A stretch of 62,961 nucleotides of DNA, filler included, from Reticulomyxa filosa (GCA_000512085.1; 20 parts of 20 records of this genome joined end to end with filler, not necessarily neighbours in it), one strand, 5' to 3'; shown: positions 13,016 to 25,229, numbered from the whole stretch's first letter. Notes: generated by a model not told the origin, from the letters alone. Numbers and translations: made by a program.

Positions 13016-14522
13016 ATGCCTGTAGCAATTGGGAAAATCCTGCATATTTCGTTCAGCGCTGTTGTTGTTTTCCTAACCGGTCTTGTGATTGGGTGTTTAT
13101 TCTCTCCGTTTTTGCATGGTTTTGAATCAAGCTCTTCATTGGTACGTTGCGTTCGCTCAGTCACCCTAACAATTGATAAAAAGAGCGCGGCAATACAAGA
13201 AGATGTCCATTCGCAGGGGAATGTGTCTGATGTGCTTCGGAGCAATCTTGCAGAGGACACATTGCAAATGAATGCAACGAACAAAACCCTCACAATTGTG
13301 CAAGATTATGAAACCAGCTATGTGTTTGGGTTTCGAAGAGATAGGTCCCCGGAAGTCTCACCATTTGTTTTTTTGCCACAAAAATTTGTATTTTGTGGTA
13401 TTGCAAAGAATGCAATTAGTATGTGGAAAATGGTATTTTTGCGAATGTTGGGAAAGCCGTGGTGGCTACCGGCTCAAAAAGATGTGCATGCGTGGGAAAC
13501 AGGGATTAACAACTATCGCATGTGGTCTCGATCTTCGTCCGAAATGTCAAAAATTTTGCACGATAAGAACTTTCATAAGGCTGTTTTTATTCGAGATCCA
13601 TTAGAAAGAGCTTTGAGTGCTTTATTGGACAAGGTAGAAAAAGAGCCATATTTTGTAAAGAAAGAAGAAATTATTTTTTTTCGCCCTTTTTTTTTTTTTT
13701 TTTAAGTCTTCGTTCATATTTTTTTTTTTTTTGCATTGAGGGATACCTATGGCGATTAAATCGAGAAAATTTGGTACAATGGCTCATTGAAAATATGCAT
13801 GAACGAGGGTATCTTGGAGTCGATCAACACTTCAGGTTTGCTTGTCATCCCCCCCCCCCTTTTTTTTTTTCTTGATTTTTTCCTCTTACAAAAAACAAAA
13901 AAATGATAGACCACAGCACATGTACTGTGATTTATACAAATATCGAGATTTGTACACCGTGTACGATTTTCGAAATAAATCACATCGAAAACTTTTTTTG
14001 GAGAAAGTGCAGCTATATGAAAGCGTTGGCAAAGATAAGTGGCACTCGGATGATCATGACCCAAATGTGACTGATAAAAAAAATACAGTGGGACACAGTA
14101 TTATGAGCTTTGACGTTGTTGAAAAAAGACATGCGAAACAGGCCGGTAACAAAGTGACTCAACACTTCACTATGCAGCTTGTGGCACATTTGCTAGACTT
14201 TTATCGCATGGATTATATCTTGTTTGATTTGCCATTGCCTCAATGGATTTGCGATTTATTTGATTCAAATTTTGTCTCACAAAAATTGCAAAAAAATAAA
14301 CCCTGGCAACAATTGAAGAAAGAAGAAAAACATGGGGTCAGCGTCCACTATCACTTTCTGGTTCAAATGTACTCAACTATTCGAACCTTCCCATCTCACT
14401 TGCAACCTAGCTGCATGGGAGCACTACAACAATGCATTAGCAATGGTATTTGCGTGCCAACAAATATTAACGGGACAGCCACAAAAAGAGGAAGCACTGT
14501 GCTGGGTGGTGGAAAATTATAA
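13016..14522 (+). CDS. Golgi type II membrane carbohydrate sulfotransferase (Sulfotransfer_2, CHST8-14/HNK-1-like); 3 exons
   Basis: N-terminal TM anchor. 5'-PSB-like FCGIAKNAISMWK and 3'-PB-like FIRDPLERALSA. Spliced HFRPQHMYC and C-terminal FYRMDYILFD. Exons at about 13016-13654, 13741-13834 and 13910-14522. Confidence 0.88.
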
Positions 14523-15139
14523 TAATATACGGATTCTTTAGGCTTTGGTTGTTGTGAAAAGTACACAAGCAATAGTATTTTGTAGTTACTGCTTTGTCTT
14601 TATTGTTTCAATACTTTCCAGTTTTTGCTTGGTTTTCTCAAATATTTTGCTTTGGATAAATTCCTTGAAAAATACAAAAAAAAAAAATCAAATCGCTATT
14701 TTTTTAAATAAATTCGGCTATCCGGAGGAGCCATAAAATCAAATAAATTGGAACACAAATTTCAAAAGATAACTTTATCACAAGAAAAATTCATGTCACG
14801 TATCAATAAGATTTTTTTGTTGCAAAATTTTGCAAGTAAGAAGTAAGATTCAGCAAGGATCAAAACAAAAAAAAGAATAACGCAGTTTTTTTTAAAAAAA
14901 GGGCTCTGTCACTGAACAAAAAACTCTTTTGCCAACAAAGAAAGCTACACTAACAACAATTGAGTTACTGTTAGGAACGAGTTAACACAATTTAGCTAAT
15001 AGTAAGTGAGCGTCACAAAAAAAAAACGAGTTTAAGAAATTAACATAAAAATCTGATGTCATTTTCAAAGGAATGTGATAAAATTGAATTGATCCAAAAA
15101 AAAAAAGAATTTTTTTTGGAATTTGGCTATAATTTGTGT

Positions 15140-15920
15140 TTATTTATTCTTTTGTTTTTCAGCAATATCAGGATGAAACTCAAGAAGCCAGTCTTTGTCC
15201 TTGTCACACAACACATCACACCAAACATCAGGATAAGGTTTGGTTGGCGAAGTGAAGATTTCAATTCCTTTGTCGGTGATCCCGACACAGTGTTCGAATT
15301 GTGCAGAAATTGTCTCAGGAACATGGACAGTCCACTTGTCGCCCGGGTCGACATACGCGTTAGTGGTACCCCCGTTCATATTAGTTTGCTTTTTTCCTGT
15401 GACCAAAATGGGTTCAACAGTAATGCACATGCCAGGAGACAAAATCCAGCCGGCGTGCTTTTCATCTGTCGTATAATGATAGACATCTGGAGATTCATGA
15501 ATTTCCATACCAACGCCTTTGTCACCAATAAATAAACACACACACATAAAATTAGGATTGTTTTGAGTTGTTGCTCATTTACATTGATATTAATATCAAC
15601 AGCAGCATTCACAATAGAAAGAAATGAAACGTACCATGTCCAGTGTATTCTCTTAAAATCCAAATCGGATCCTTTTGCACATGGACATCTCTGGATTGAT
15701 TCATTTTGTCCACGTACTTTTCGATCGTCGTACCAATCGACAACACTGTCGAGTTCGGTTTGACACAGGCCACCCCAATATCTCTTGCTTTCTGTGAAGT
15801 CAATAAAAACCTCGCCAAATTAATTGGCATCGTATCGACGTTTCCAACGTAGTACGTATAACACGTGTCGCCATGGAAATCATTTACTTTACAAGTTACA
15901 TCTAACGATACTATATCACC
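15140..15920 (-). CDS. map: Methionine aminopeptidase type I (5'-partial)
   Basis: All five metal ligands are present: SLDVT, HGDT, spliced GHGVGMEIHE, TVEP and AQFEH. One intron at about 15518-15632. Confidence 0.92.
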
Positions 15921-15932
15921 TGTTGTTAGTTC

Positions 15933-15963
<31 letters not shown>

Positions 15964-16077
15964 CTTTTTTTTTTTTTNNNNNNNNNNNNNNNNNNNNNNN
16001 NNNNNNNNNNNNNNNNNNNNNTTAATTAATTAANNNNNNNNNNNNNNNNNNNNNNNNNNNNNNNNNNNNNNNNNNNN

Positions 16078-16121
16078 TTCTGTGTTTGCCTTCCTTCAAA
16101 ATACAACTTTTTTTTCAAAAG
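16078..16121 (+). repeat. Left arm of a 44-bp inverted repeat
   Basis: TTCTGTGTTTGCCTTCCTTCAAAATACAACTTTTTTTTCAAAAG matches the reverse complement of 17253-17296 at 42/44 positions. Confidence 0.9.
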
Positions 16122-16169
16122 CTTATTATTGTTTTTTTTTAAATGTATTCAAATACTCGTTATTCTCTC

Positions 16170-17200
16170 AATTCAAGTCGCAGAAGACAATAAGAAAATA
16201 GAATTATTGGTGTCATGGTTCGCTCAACCCCGAAACCACCAGATTACTCTGAAAAAACGAAAGGACATTATGAATATGTGGAAGATGATATTGTATCAGT
16301 GATTGAATGAAAAAAGAACCAGAAATGAGTGAATATTCTGGTGTATTTGAGTGGCATCAAGGTCGAATTGCAGAAGAAGAAGATGTAATTGAGGCAATGA
16401 GATACATTTCATCTCACAAGGCACAAGGATCTGATAACATCCACAATCAGATGGTCAAAAATGGTGGACAGAGTATGATCGATTCACTTGTGATGTTATT
16501 TGACTGGAGTTATTCCATTGGATACATGCCGAAATCATGGAAGACGGCAAATATTGTTCCAATTCCGAGATCACAGCATCTGTCCTTTTATAAACAATCA
16601 TCAGACCATTGGAATATGCTTGTGCATTCTGGAATGGAGCAGCAGGGAAAGAGTCCAAAGAATTTCAATGTGCAGAATTCTTGGAATTGCGATGAAGACA
16701 AAAAGAAATAAAACTGTATCACAAAAGCATTCGATGGAGTAAAAGACTTCCAAGATATAATTTCAGTCAAGCGTATGGATTGTGGAAATCGAATCATAAC
16801 ATTGATACAGTATAAAGATTCATTTGGAGTGGAAAATTGTCCACTCTGTCCAGAGCATTCATCCATGCTGCTGGTATTCCTCAAATCAAACCAGAACAAA
16901 CTCGACCTTGGAGCAAGCTCCCGATGCAAATTTCAAGATTACCACATCACATCAAGTCTCCATTTGAGAAGTGGAGTGGCCAACGCAAGAACAGATATTG
17001 GCATCGTTGGAGGACAACACAATTGTAATATTTGCATGGGAGTTGCAAACCAGAGTTATCCAAGATCCTCCATTCCAGAATGGAATACCCTATTAAAGGA
17101 ATAACAACTACTATTGGAAGTGAGATTGAAGCAGTTTGACACGCAATCGAATACATTCAAGAACACCACAAGAGCAAGGATGAAAGAGTTGTTATTCTTT
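16170..17200 (+). mobile_element. Degenerate, internally deleted non-LTR retrotransposon (LINE) fragment: RT N-terminus, RT C-terminal region and RNase H
   Basis: KAQGSDNIHNQMVK..GYMPKSWKTANIVPIP (LINE RT domain 0/1) jumps directly to a YKQS..RPLEYACAFWNGA-like C-terminal segment. Later PIKGITTTIGSEIEAV*HAIEYI..RVVIL is RNase H-like. Frameshifts and stops throughout; no YADD core. Confidence 0.8.
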
Positions 17201-17252
17201 TGTTCTCAACAAATGCAATCCAGATTTAAACATCCTTCATCATCTAGATAAA

Positions 17253-17296
17253 CTTTTGAAAAAAAAGTTGTATTTTGAAGGAAGACAAGCACAGAA
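17253..17296 (-). repeat. Right arm of a 44-bp inverted repeat
   Basis: CTTTTGAAAAAAAAGTTGTATTTTGAAGGAAGACAAGCACAGAA is the inverted copy of 16078-16121. Confidence 0.9.
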
Positions 17297-18015
17297 CAAC
17301 TAGTTACCGCAACATCTAGCAGTATCTGAAAGAAGTTCGATTATTAACAACGATTTTCGTCATCAACAAGATTGTGGCGAAAACAGAAACAAAGACAAAG
17401 ATACAAATAAAATACTTTCAAACTAAAAAAAGAAATTTTTTTTTAACTAGTAAAATTTAAAAAAAAAAATAATAATAATCCCTTTCATCATTGGCAAGTG
17501 AAAGCCAAAAGTAGGTGAAAAACAGCCATGCTTAGAGGAAAGGGCAACATGTCCGACTACTACATTCCTCAATGGCGACATGGCGGAAAAGATGAGCATT
17601 TAACATGCGAAGAACCGGAGACTCCGAGCGCAACAAACAACGAAAGGCCCTCAAACACAAAATATGTATTGTTTTGTGTTTCGAGCATTCGAAACATCAA
17701 ATAGGCTTGTATGAATTAATATTAGTCCGTGGGACTTTAATGACTAAATAGTATCAATTGACATTGCAATTTGATTGTTTTTTATTTCATTGGTTTGTTT
17801 TGAATTGAATGTTCATTTAACAACTTTTATTCAGCACATTTTGAAGTTTGTGAAATACAGCCAGCTGGAGCGAATTCCGCGCTGTATTTCCTTTTCTTAG
17901 AATTGTGAGCTACTGNNNNNNNNNNNNNNNNNNNNNNNNNNNNNNNNNNNNNNNNNNNNTTAATTAATTAANNNNNNNNNNNNNNNNNNNNNNNNNNNNN
18001 NNNNNNNNNNNNNNN

Positions 18016-20164
18016 AAATTTTGATGAAAGTGTCAGAAACGGCGATCACAGCGGCGACTAGAGTGGATGGCTTCGTATTTGGAAAAAATACATTGTGGAA
18101 TAATTGGACAAACTCTATCAAATTAATTCCGGAAAAACTGGATCTTGGTGCCGCATAACCACAAATCAAGTTTGCCAAGATAAAAGAAAATGAATCCGTG
18201 ATAATCTTGTGCAAAGTGGTAACGATATTAACATTACGGCGGCAGCGATTGGATGGACCGAAGAAGTAGAAAACAATGAATAAGATGACGAGCACGTTGT
18301 TAGAAATGTTACACTGGTGGGCGAGTGTCCCAATTTGGTTGAGGGATTATGCAAATGAAGCCAAGATCACTGGCAAAAAGGAGAGAAAGAAACATTCCAA
18401 GAGTCCGGAGAGCTGTACTGCGCTGGATTTGTTTGTTTTTTTTAATAATAAAAAAAAAAAGGTTTCTAGGATTTTCTGTGTTTGATTATAGAATGGTTCT
18501 TTATAAACACGAGTGGCGATTTTGCGCGTTGTCAGATATGGACGGACTTTCCATAGCGCGCCTCAATGGAACTTTTAGACGAATGTGGCAATATCAAGGC
18601 AGTGCCAACCTAAATCATTGGAAAGATTTATTCGCCCATCAACGTATGCGTAGACAAGTCTCTGCGGATGATTACCCTTCAACAAAAACAGTAGGTGCAG
18701 TTCAAATGGAATTCGGTCTGTCAATGCAACTCTACAAGGGATGGCACAGCATCAAAGAGGGAGTGGAATTGCGATTTATCGGGGCCAAGTATAACAAATA
18801 GCCAACAAAAAAAAAGGATACAAACATCAATGATTTCTTTACGGCATTTAGGTTATTTGCGATATCACATTCATTTGTGCTTTATGCAATGAACATCGCA
18901 CACAAATCCGACAATTTGTACGTGTGTTTATACCTACTCATAATGCAAGATCTTTTTTTATTAAAAAAAAAACATTAATGGATACATGTGTACATAGATA
19001 CAGATGCGAACAATAAAGCGAAAACTATGGTTATGGGCTCAAACAGTGGAAACATTGGAAACAGTGGTGGTGCGTCATCCAATTCCAACAGCACCGAAAG
19101 AAAGAGCTAATAAAATAGTGAAATCAGAATTGGTACACAAAGAAATTGTATTTGGAAATGTTAGCAGGCAGCAAGACGACCGCCGATAACAAGAAAAACT
19201 TACCGTTGTGGAAATTGGTACTAGTTTATGGATTGCTCACTTTTGCTGGACTGTCTCCGGAATGGGCACCTGCATTTCGTTGTTCTTGAAGTGTTGTCCA
19301 AGACTGAAGAAGAAAAATAAATTAATGGTATTCTCCCTCCTTGGATCGCCAGTCCAAATGTTGGACATGGTCATTATTGGAAATGCTATCGTCACAAGGG
19401 TGACCAGAGCGGATTAGCTTCGTATTTTGAAAGAATACAATCGTGATATTGCATTATAACAGCTGGACAAGATTCTATCAAATAAATCCCAGACAATCTT
19501 GATTTTGCAATCGGGTGGCACCAAGATCCAGTTTCCAAGAAAAAAGAAAAGAAAAATGTGATGATATCGCGCAAAGTAATAACGATATGAAAATTACAGT
19601 ATCGCAACGGGATTTACTGAAGAAATATAAAAAGATGAAAAAAAGGACTTGGACGTTGTAACATGTGTGATGGTCGAGTAAACCACGACATCAAAAGAAT
19701 CATTTCATATGCAAAGGTTCAATTTGGTGGAGGAGTTATGCGAAGCTCAAGCCAAGGTCATCAGCAAACAAGAAGGGAGGTAGATGATACACGGAAGAAA
19801 GAGAACGCCAAGACTCCGGGGAACTATACTGCGTTGGATTCTTTTTAAAAAAAACATTGTCGGCTTTGCTGGTTGTGGAATGATTATTTACACACTCAAA
19901 TGGAGGCTTTGCGCGCTCTCAGACATGGACTAACTTTATAATGCGCAAATCGAAGCTGCTGGATGATCTTGACAATATCAAGTGAAGTGGCAATGATGAT
20001 ATGATAGTGACAGCAACGAAACGCAGCCCATGTTCTTCATTGTCAATTGTTGCAAGATATTGGATTGGTGTTGTGTGCGCCGATATTTGCATGCTGTTTC
20101 TGTATTCAATAAACTTTGGATCGGTGTGCGCGGAAGACATAATATTTGATACACCATTTATTAC
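18016..20164 (+). pseudogene. Decayed multicopy gene-family relic containing two copies of a shared module
   Basis: 18330-18600 and 19730-19985 are diverged copies (EWFFINTSGDFARCQIWTDF vs E*LFTHSNGGFARSQTWTNF, both followed by NIK). Many stops and frameshifts. Confidence 0.6.
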
Positions 20165-21020
20165 NNNNNNNNNNNNNNNNNNNNNNNNNNNNNNNNNNNN
20201 NNNNNNNNTTAATTAATTAANNNNNNNNNNNNNNNNNNNNNNNNNNNNNNNNNNNNNNNNNNNNTTGTCCTTTGAAATAAATTTTTAATGTAATATCATT
20301 CAATTTTTTTTAATAGTTTTTTTTCTCTGAAAGTGAAAAAATTCCTTTTTCTTCAAACAGTGCAATAACCAAACTTACACAACATGGAACACACTCTCGA
20401 ACGCTCTTTGCCAATGAATTCCTACAAAAATCTAGCTTGTGTTGATATTCTTTTGCACTTTTGCACACGTGGTGAGCATTGCACATAACCAATTGTTTAC
20501 CATTATCATATTCAAATTTTAGAAAAAAATTAATCCATTACAATTGCAGTCATGCTGAATTGAAGAAAGCTGGAAGGTTAAAAAATTACTTTCTTTTCAC
20601 TGACAAAATTATTGTTTTAAATACAAAGGTGATTATTCGTTTTTAGTGTGTCGAAAACAAATATTTCTGATACTATATTTTTTCTCAAGAATTTCTCTTA
20701 ATCATTTTCTTGTAAACGATATGAAAACAATTGTTTTCGCTTTTTCATAAAGTTGATGTTTTCCTATCATAATTTGCATTACTCCCATTTTAATTTCGTT
20801 GCTACATCATCTGTGCTCATTTTTTTACTTCTGTTTGTTTCGACATTTTTTTCCTTTCATGCTATTTTTCTATTGCACGACTTTAAGATCAATCTAGTTA
20901 TTTGCTGTTCCTTAGTTAATCTTCCGATTTTCGAAAGAATCATTTTAAACTATTGCCGAAAATTTCGGCTGATAAAGCAGAAAACACGAGGAGGATTTTC
21001 CCATTTTTTAAAAAACAATA

Positions 21021-22110
21021 ATGTTTATCTCACAATTGTCAAAGCGACGTTTTGCAACATATTTGTCAGTTTTTTTGCTAATATTTGCATTTATTCAAAT
21101 TCCTGTGCTTTTTTTATTGGTAGAACGTTATCTGCACTCACCACCAAAGGACTCGACAAGCAGAAATGTTGTGAGTAGTGACTCAGAGAAGCAGGACTTT
21201 TATGTTCAAGGCTGGCAAGGTGGGAAAGTGATTCCGCTATCGTACCGTTGGGGTTCAGTACAATTTGAAACAAAAAAAAGATAGCATGTTTGGTGTTGAC
21301 ACTGTATCCTCGCAACTATAAATTGATTGAAACAATCGGGAATACTTGGGGAAAGCATTGTGACGGATTGTTTTGGATTATTGACAAATATAATGGTGAT
21401 TACACCAATCGAGAGGATGAAAGCAAAGACCAAGACGAAAAAGATCAAAACAAAGACCAAGATGACCAAAACAAAATGAAAGCCATCCAGGACACGTCAC
21501 AGATGAATTTGACACACATGCAAGAACTATACAATGGTCGGGTGATATTGATCGAGGTACGACGTCCACCTCACCCGGTAAAACGCAACACTTGGGAAAA
21601 AGTGCACCGGATGTATTCCTATTTTTATGCTCATTTGACGACGTATGGTGTGTGTTTTGTACATATATATGTTTTTTTTTTTTTTAAAAAAAAAAAACAA
21701 GTAAATACAATAAATAAATGGGTAATGACCGGTAAAAAAAAAAAAAAAAAAAAAGACTGCATGATTATGATTGGTTCGTTCGTGTGGATGATGATGTCTT
21801 TGTAAACATGGTTGCACTGCGCGATTATTTGTCGCTGTTCAATGCAATGGAATACCCATGGTATATTGGACACACACTATTGGATCGCTGGAAAGACAAT
21901 ATCGTTTACAACGCTGGCAATTGTTATGTTATCAGTCGATACACTTTGGAACTGATCGCGCCATATTTTATGACATTCCCAAGTCTAACTCCGCAACAAA
22001 GTCGGACACATTGTGTCGACTTCCAAGCAGGCAACGATGATCCACATTTTGGAAGTTGTTTGAATGCTTTGGGAATTCATCCTGTCAACACTTTGGATTA
22101 TTATCTTAGG
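21021..22110 (+). CDS. GT31 glycosyltransferase, core-1 beta-1,3-galactosyltransferase/Fringe-like (3'-partial; one frameshift in an A-run at 21272-21279)
   Basis: N-terminal TM. (K)IACLVLT..NTWGKHCDGLFW, NTWEKV, DYDWFVRVDDDVFV (DxD motif), YNAGNCYVIS and DDPHFGSCLNALGI. Confidence 0.88.
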
Positions 22111-22113
22111 TGT

Positions 22114-22148
<35 letters not shown>

Positions 22149-22344
22149 TTTGTTTGTGNNNNNNNNNNNNNNNNNNNNNNNNNNNNNNNNNNNNNNNNNN
22201 NNTTAATTAATTAANNNNNNNNNNNNNNNNNNNNNNNNNNNNNNNNNNNNNNNNNNNNATATACATATATATGTACATATATGTATATAAGTAATTGTTT
22301 GATTTTGCTTTATATACATATATATATATATGTATATGTATATA

Positions 22345-23108
22345 AAGAAATACAAAAAACAGATGATTATCGATTTTGTTATTTGGGTCCAAAAGGCAGT
22401 TGGACTCCATTTCATCGAGATGTTTTAGGTACATTCAGTTGGAGTGTGAATATAAATGGTTCCAAATTGTGGTATTTATTGGATGCATCAATAACAGAGT
22501 GCCAAAAAATGAATGAATCTCCTGATGATAATAAATGTCCTTATAATATATTTGCTTTACAACAACAACAACAAAATTTATTTCAAAAAGGTTTAATTTG
22601 TATGCAATATCCAAAAGAAGGTATATTTGTTCCCTCTGGATGGTATCATCAAGTACATAATTGTGAAGATACATTATCTATCAATCATAATTGGTGTAAT
22701 GCCTTTAACATACACTGGAATTGGAATATTTTATTTTGTGATTTGCAAAATGTAAAACAATCATTACAAGGATTTGTTGACTATGATTTGGGAATGGACA
22801 AATTGCACATGCAAGAAAGTAAACAAAATGATTTGGATCCAAACACTGTTCAACAATTATTAAAAAGTTATACTGGAATGGATTTAGAGCAATTTGTATC
22901 TTTTCTGGAAATCAATATCGATCATATTCATAATTGTTTGACACAACACAATTTCAATTTATTTGATATTTGTGTTTTCAATTTCTCTCTACAAAAATCT
23001 AAACAACTAATCGATCATTCTTTGTGTGTCTGTTCTGATTTTGACTCCAAACTACTTCAACGTTTGAAGACCATGTCTAATCACATCGAAACTATGTTCA
23101 AATCATAA
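22345..23108 (+). CDS. JMJD4: JmjC-domain 2-oxoglutarate/Fe(II) hydroxylase, JMJD4-like (last exon)
   Basis: DDYRFCYLGPKGSWTPFHRDV..FSWSVNINGSKLW..IFVPSGWYHQVHN.EDTLSINHNWCN. The HxD...H iron triad is intact. Confidence 0.88.
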
Positions 23109-24277
23109 CAATTTAAAATAACTTTCTATTTTAATTTTGAAATATATCTTCAATTCAATAATAAAAATGCAAAAAAAAAACAAACATATTTAGCAAAAAT
23201 TTTGGCAAATCTCACTTTTAAAATTCGAAACCAGTTTTGAAAAATTGTTGAAATCTCTTTTTCATACTGTTTTATTTTTTTTAATTCGATAATCACGGCG
23301 TTTATAAGGATATACATAAGAACTAACTTACCAAAGGTGGCCTATTTTTCAATTTGGTGACACTTATCATTTCATCTCTTCTTCAACCACCGTAGAATTC
23401 GTTTCTAAACCTTTTGCATCGGATTGAAAAACATTAAACTTTTTGAGTACAAAATTGAATCAAGACAAAGTGGCTCTTGCATTTTGAAGAGAACAATAAT
23501 AAACAAATAAAAATTTTTTATTATTTGGAAAAAATTTACAATTTTTATTTCTTTTCAATCACAAATAAAATGATCATTGCTTTATTTAAATAATATTCCA
23601 AATTTATTTAATCCATATTTTATACTGTTTACACGATAGTGGTGCAAGTGAACAAGATGCAATTGCGGTACTTTCTAGAGAAAATCCGTGTTTCAAAGGA
23701 TAAGACAGGTATTCAAAGTATTTTGTTAATTAAAGATCGTGTTTGGAAAGATTCAAAGAGTTTGAGAGATGATTCTTCAATTCTATTTTTTTTCCTTTAT
23801 TATTTATTCTTATATCTTTTCTAACATCATTTTAGTTTCTTTAGTCTGTGTCATTCGATCAACTATTAATAAATCTTTTACTAGTTGAGTTTATACGTTG
23901 TTTCACATATGTTTTATTGTGCCAATAACGAAGACAATCGCTAGTACATATTGTAAATGATTTTTTGTTATCTTTTGAATCAAACGATATTCACTATCAT
24001 TGAATTTTGTCTCATTTCGGGTTAGCTTTGTTCAAAATAAAAAAATTTATTCAACTAGCTGCAAAGACTAACCAAAATAACTACGTTTCCAAAGATATTA
24101 ATTTACTCTTTTATAGCCCTTTTACTGTCAAGCGTTTCATTAAAATTGATATTTGTAATACATGTTGCTTCCATAGATAAAAACAATTACTTTGGGAAAA
24201 AATATTGTCAATTACAAAGGGGGTTTACGAAACAACACAACTGATAAAAATTCAAATATAAGTTTAGCATTTCTCAA

Positions 24278-24640
24278 ATGCAACGTTCATCTTTTATATT
24301 TTTACAAACAATAGCACGAAAGAATATTGATGCTGTACCTTGGCAAAGATGTCAATACATGAGATTGTCATCACAAAACAAAATAAAAAGAAAACGAGAG
24401 CGTCCACCACCACGAACAGTGGCCTGGGAAGCAGAGCAACTCTTGAATCAAATAAATGAAAGACATTCCAAATGGAAAAGGCTAGGCCAAAAAATAAATC
24501 GCTTTACTAAAATTGGTGTACAAATTGAATTAAAGCTAATTATTTCTCTTATGATTCTCGGATCTGTTTATTCGTTATATGAGTATGTTTATCATGGACA
24601 AGTATTATGGACCCGTTTAATTACGAATGCTTTTAAATGA
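24278..24640 (+). CDS. Hypothetical 120-aa single-TM protein with a possible mitochondrial presequence
   Basis: ATG-to-stop ORF with an Arg/Ser-rich N-terminus poor in acidic residues, and a hydrophobic segment LIISLMILGSVYSLY. Confidence 0.5.
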   Translation: MQRSSFIFLQTIARKNIDAVPWQRCQYMRLSSQNKIKRKRERPPPRTVAWEAEQLLNQINERHSKWKRLGQKINRFTKIGVQIELKLIISLMILGSVYSLYEYVYHGQVLWTRLITNAFK

Positions 24641-25069
24641 AAACTTCAAAAAAGAGAACAACATGTATTAATGATTAGATATATATTTTTTTTAAAAGGA
24701 GTAATTTATTTTTCATAATTCAAAATTCAAAATTCAAAATTTTAAATTTCAAAGATAAAAAGCGGAGTAAATTATGATAATTTCGACAGTTTCCAAATTA
24801 TTTTTTTTGTGATGTTAAACGGCATGATGCTTGCAATCTAAACCCGTATAATTTAATCAAACAAACATCCCAGCTTCTTTTATTTTCGGTCAGCTTTTTA
24901 GACTTGTTGGCAAAATTCTTTCATATTCGAATTTTCGTTAAAAAATCAAAACGGCTGCAAAAACGAAGGAAAAAGTTTTTTATCTCGACAAGCGTAAAAT
25001 TGTGCGCAATCCTTAGAGGAGAGGCCTTTCAAAACCAAAAGAAGCTTATTAGTGCCGGTCTTTGTAAAA

Positions 25070-25229
25070 GGGGCCTATTTTAAATAGATATACAAAAAAA
25101 AGCTAGAGCATGACCACAAGCATAGTTCCTCAGAAAGAGTTCAATTCAATAGTTTTGCAATATTTTGTACTCTCCCGAAAAGACAAGGCCTCTCCTAAAG
25201 TAGATATTTCAATTTCCAGAGGTAAGTAT
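25070..25229 (-). ncRNA. Candidate divergent U1 snRNA (or U1 pseudogene)
   Basis: Starts AUACUUACCU. A long stem carries the loop AUUGCAAAACU at nt 69 (U1A-site-like). CUGGA/UCUAG can form the closing helix. A U7G tract at nt 129-136 is Sm-site-like and is followed by a terminal hairpin. Stem-loop I is not canonical. Confidence 0.45.

Noticed and set aside
21265-21290. Programmed -1 frameshift at A-AAA-AAA before TAG in the GT31 gene (similar shifts at about 38884 in the DENN gene and about 44228 in TauE)
   Set aside because: Single-base indels, two of them in homopolymer runs, in an assembly whose contigs mostly break at homopolymers. Sequencing error is much more likely, and I saw no stimulatory structure.
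24837-24845. CTAAACCC as a telomerase RNA template
   Set aside because: An 8-nt match only, with no supporting structure, and the organism's telomere repeat cannot be determined from this window.
25050-25075. U5 loop I-like CCUUUUAC on the minus strand and RNase MRP-like AAGGGGC on the plus strand
   Set aside because: Neither has the required flanking stem or partner motif (no GAAAGUCCCC). These are short chance matches.
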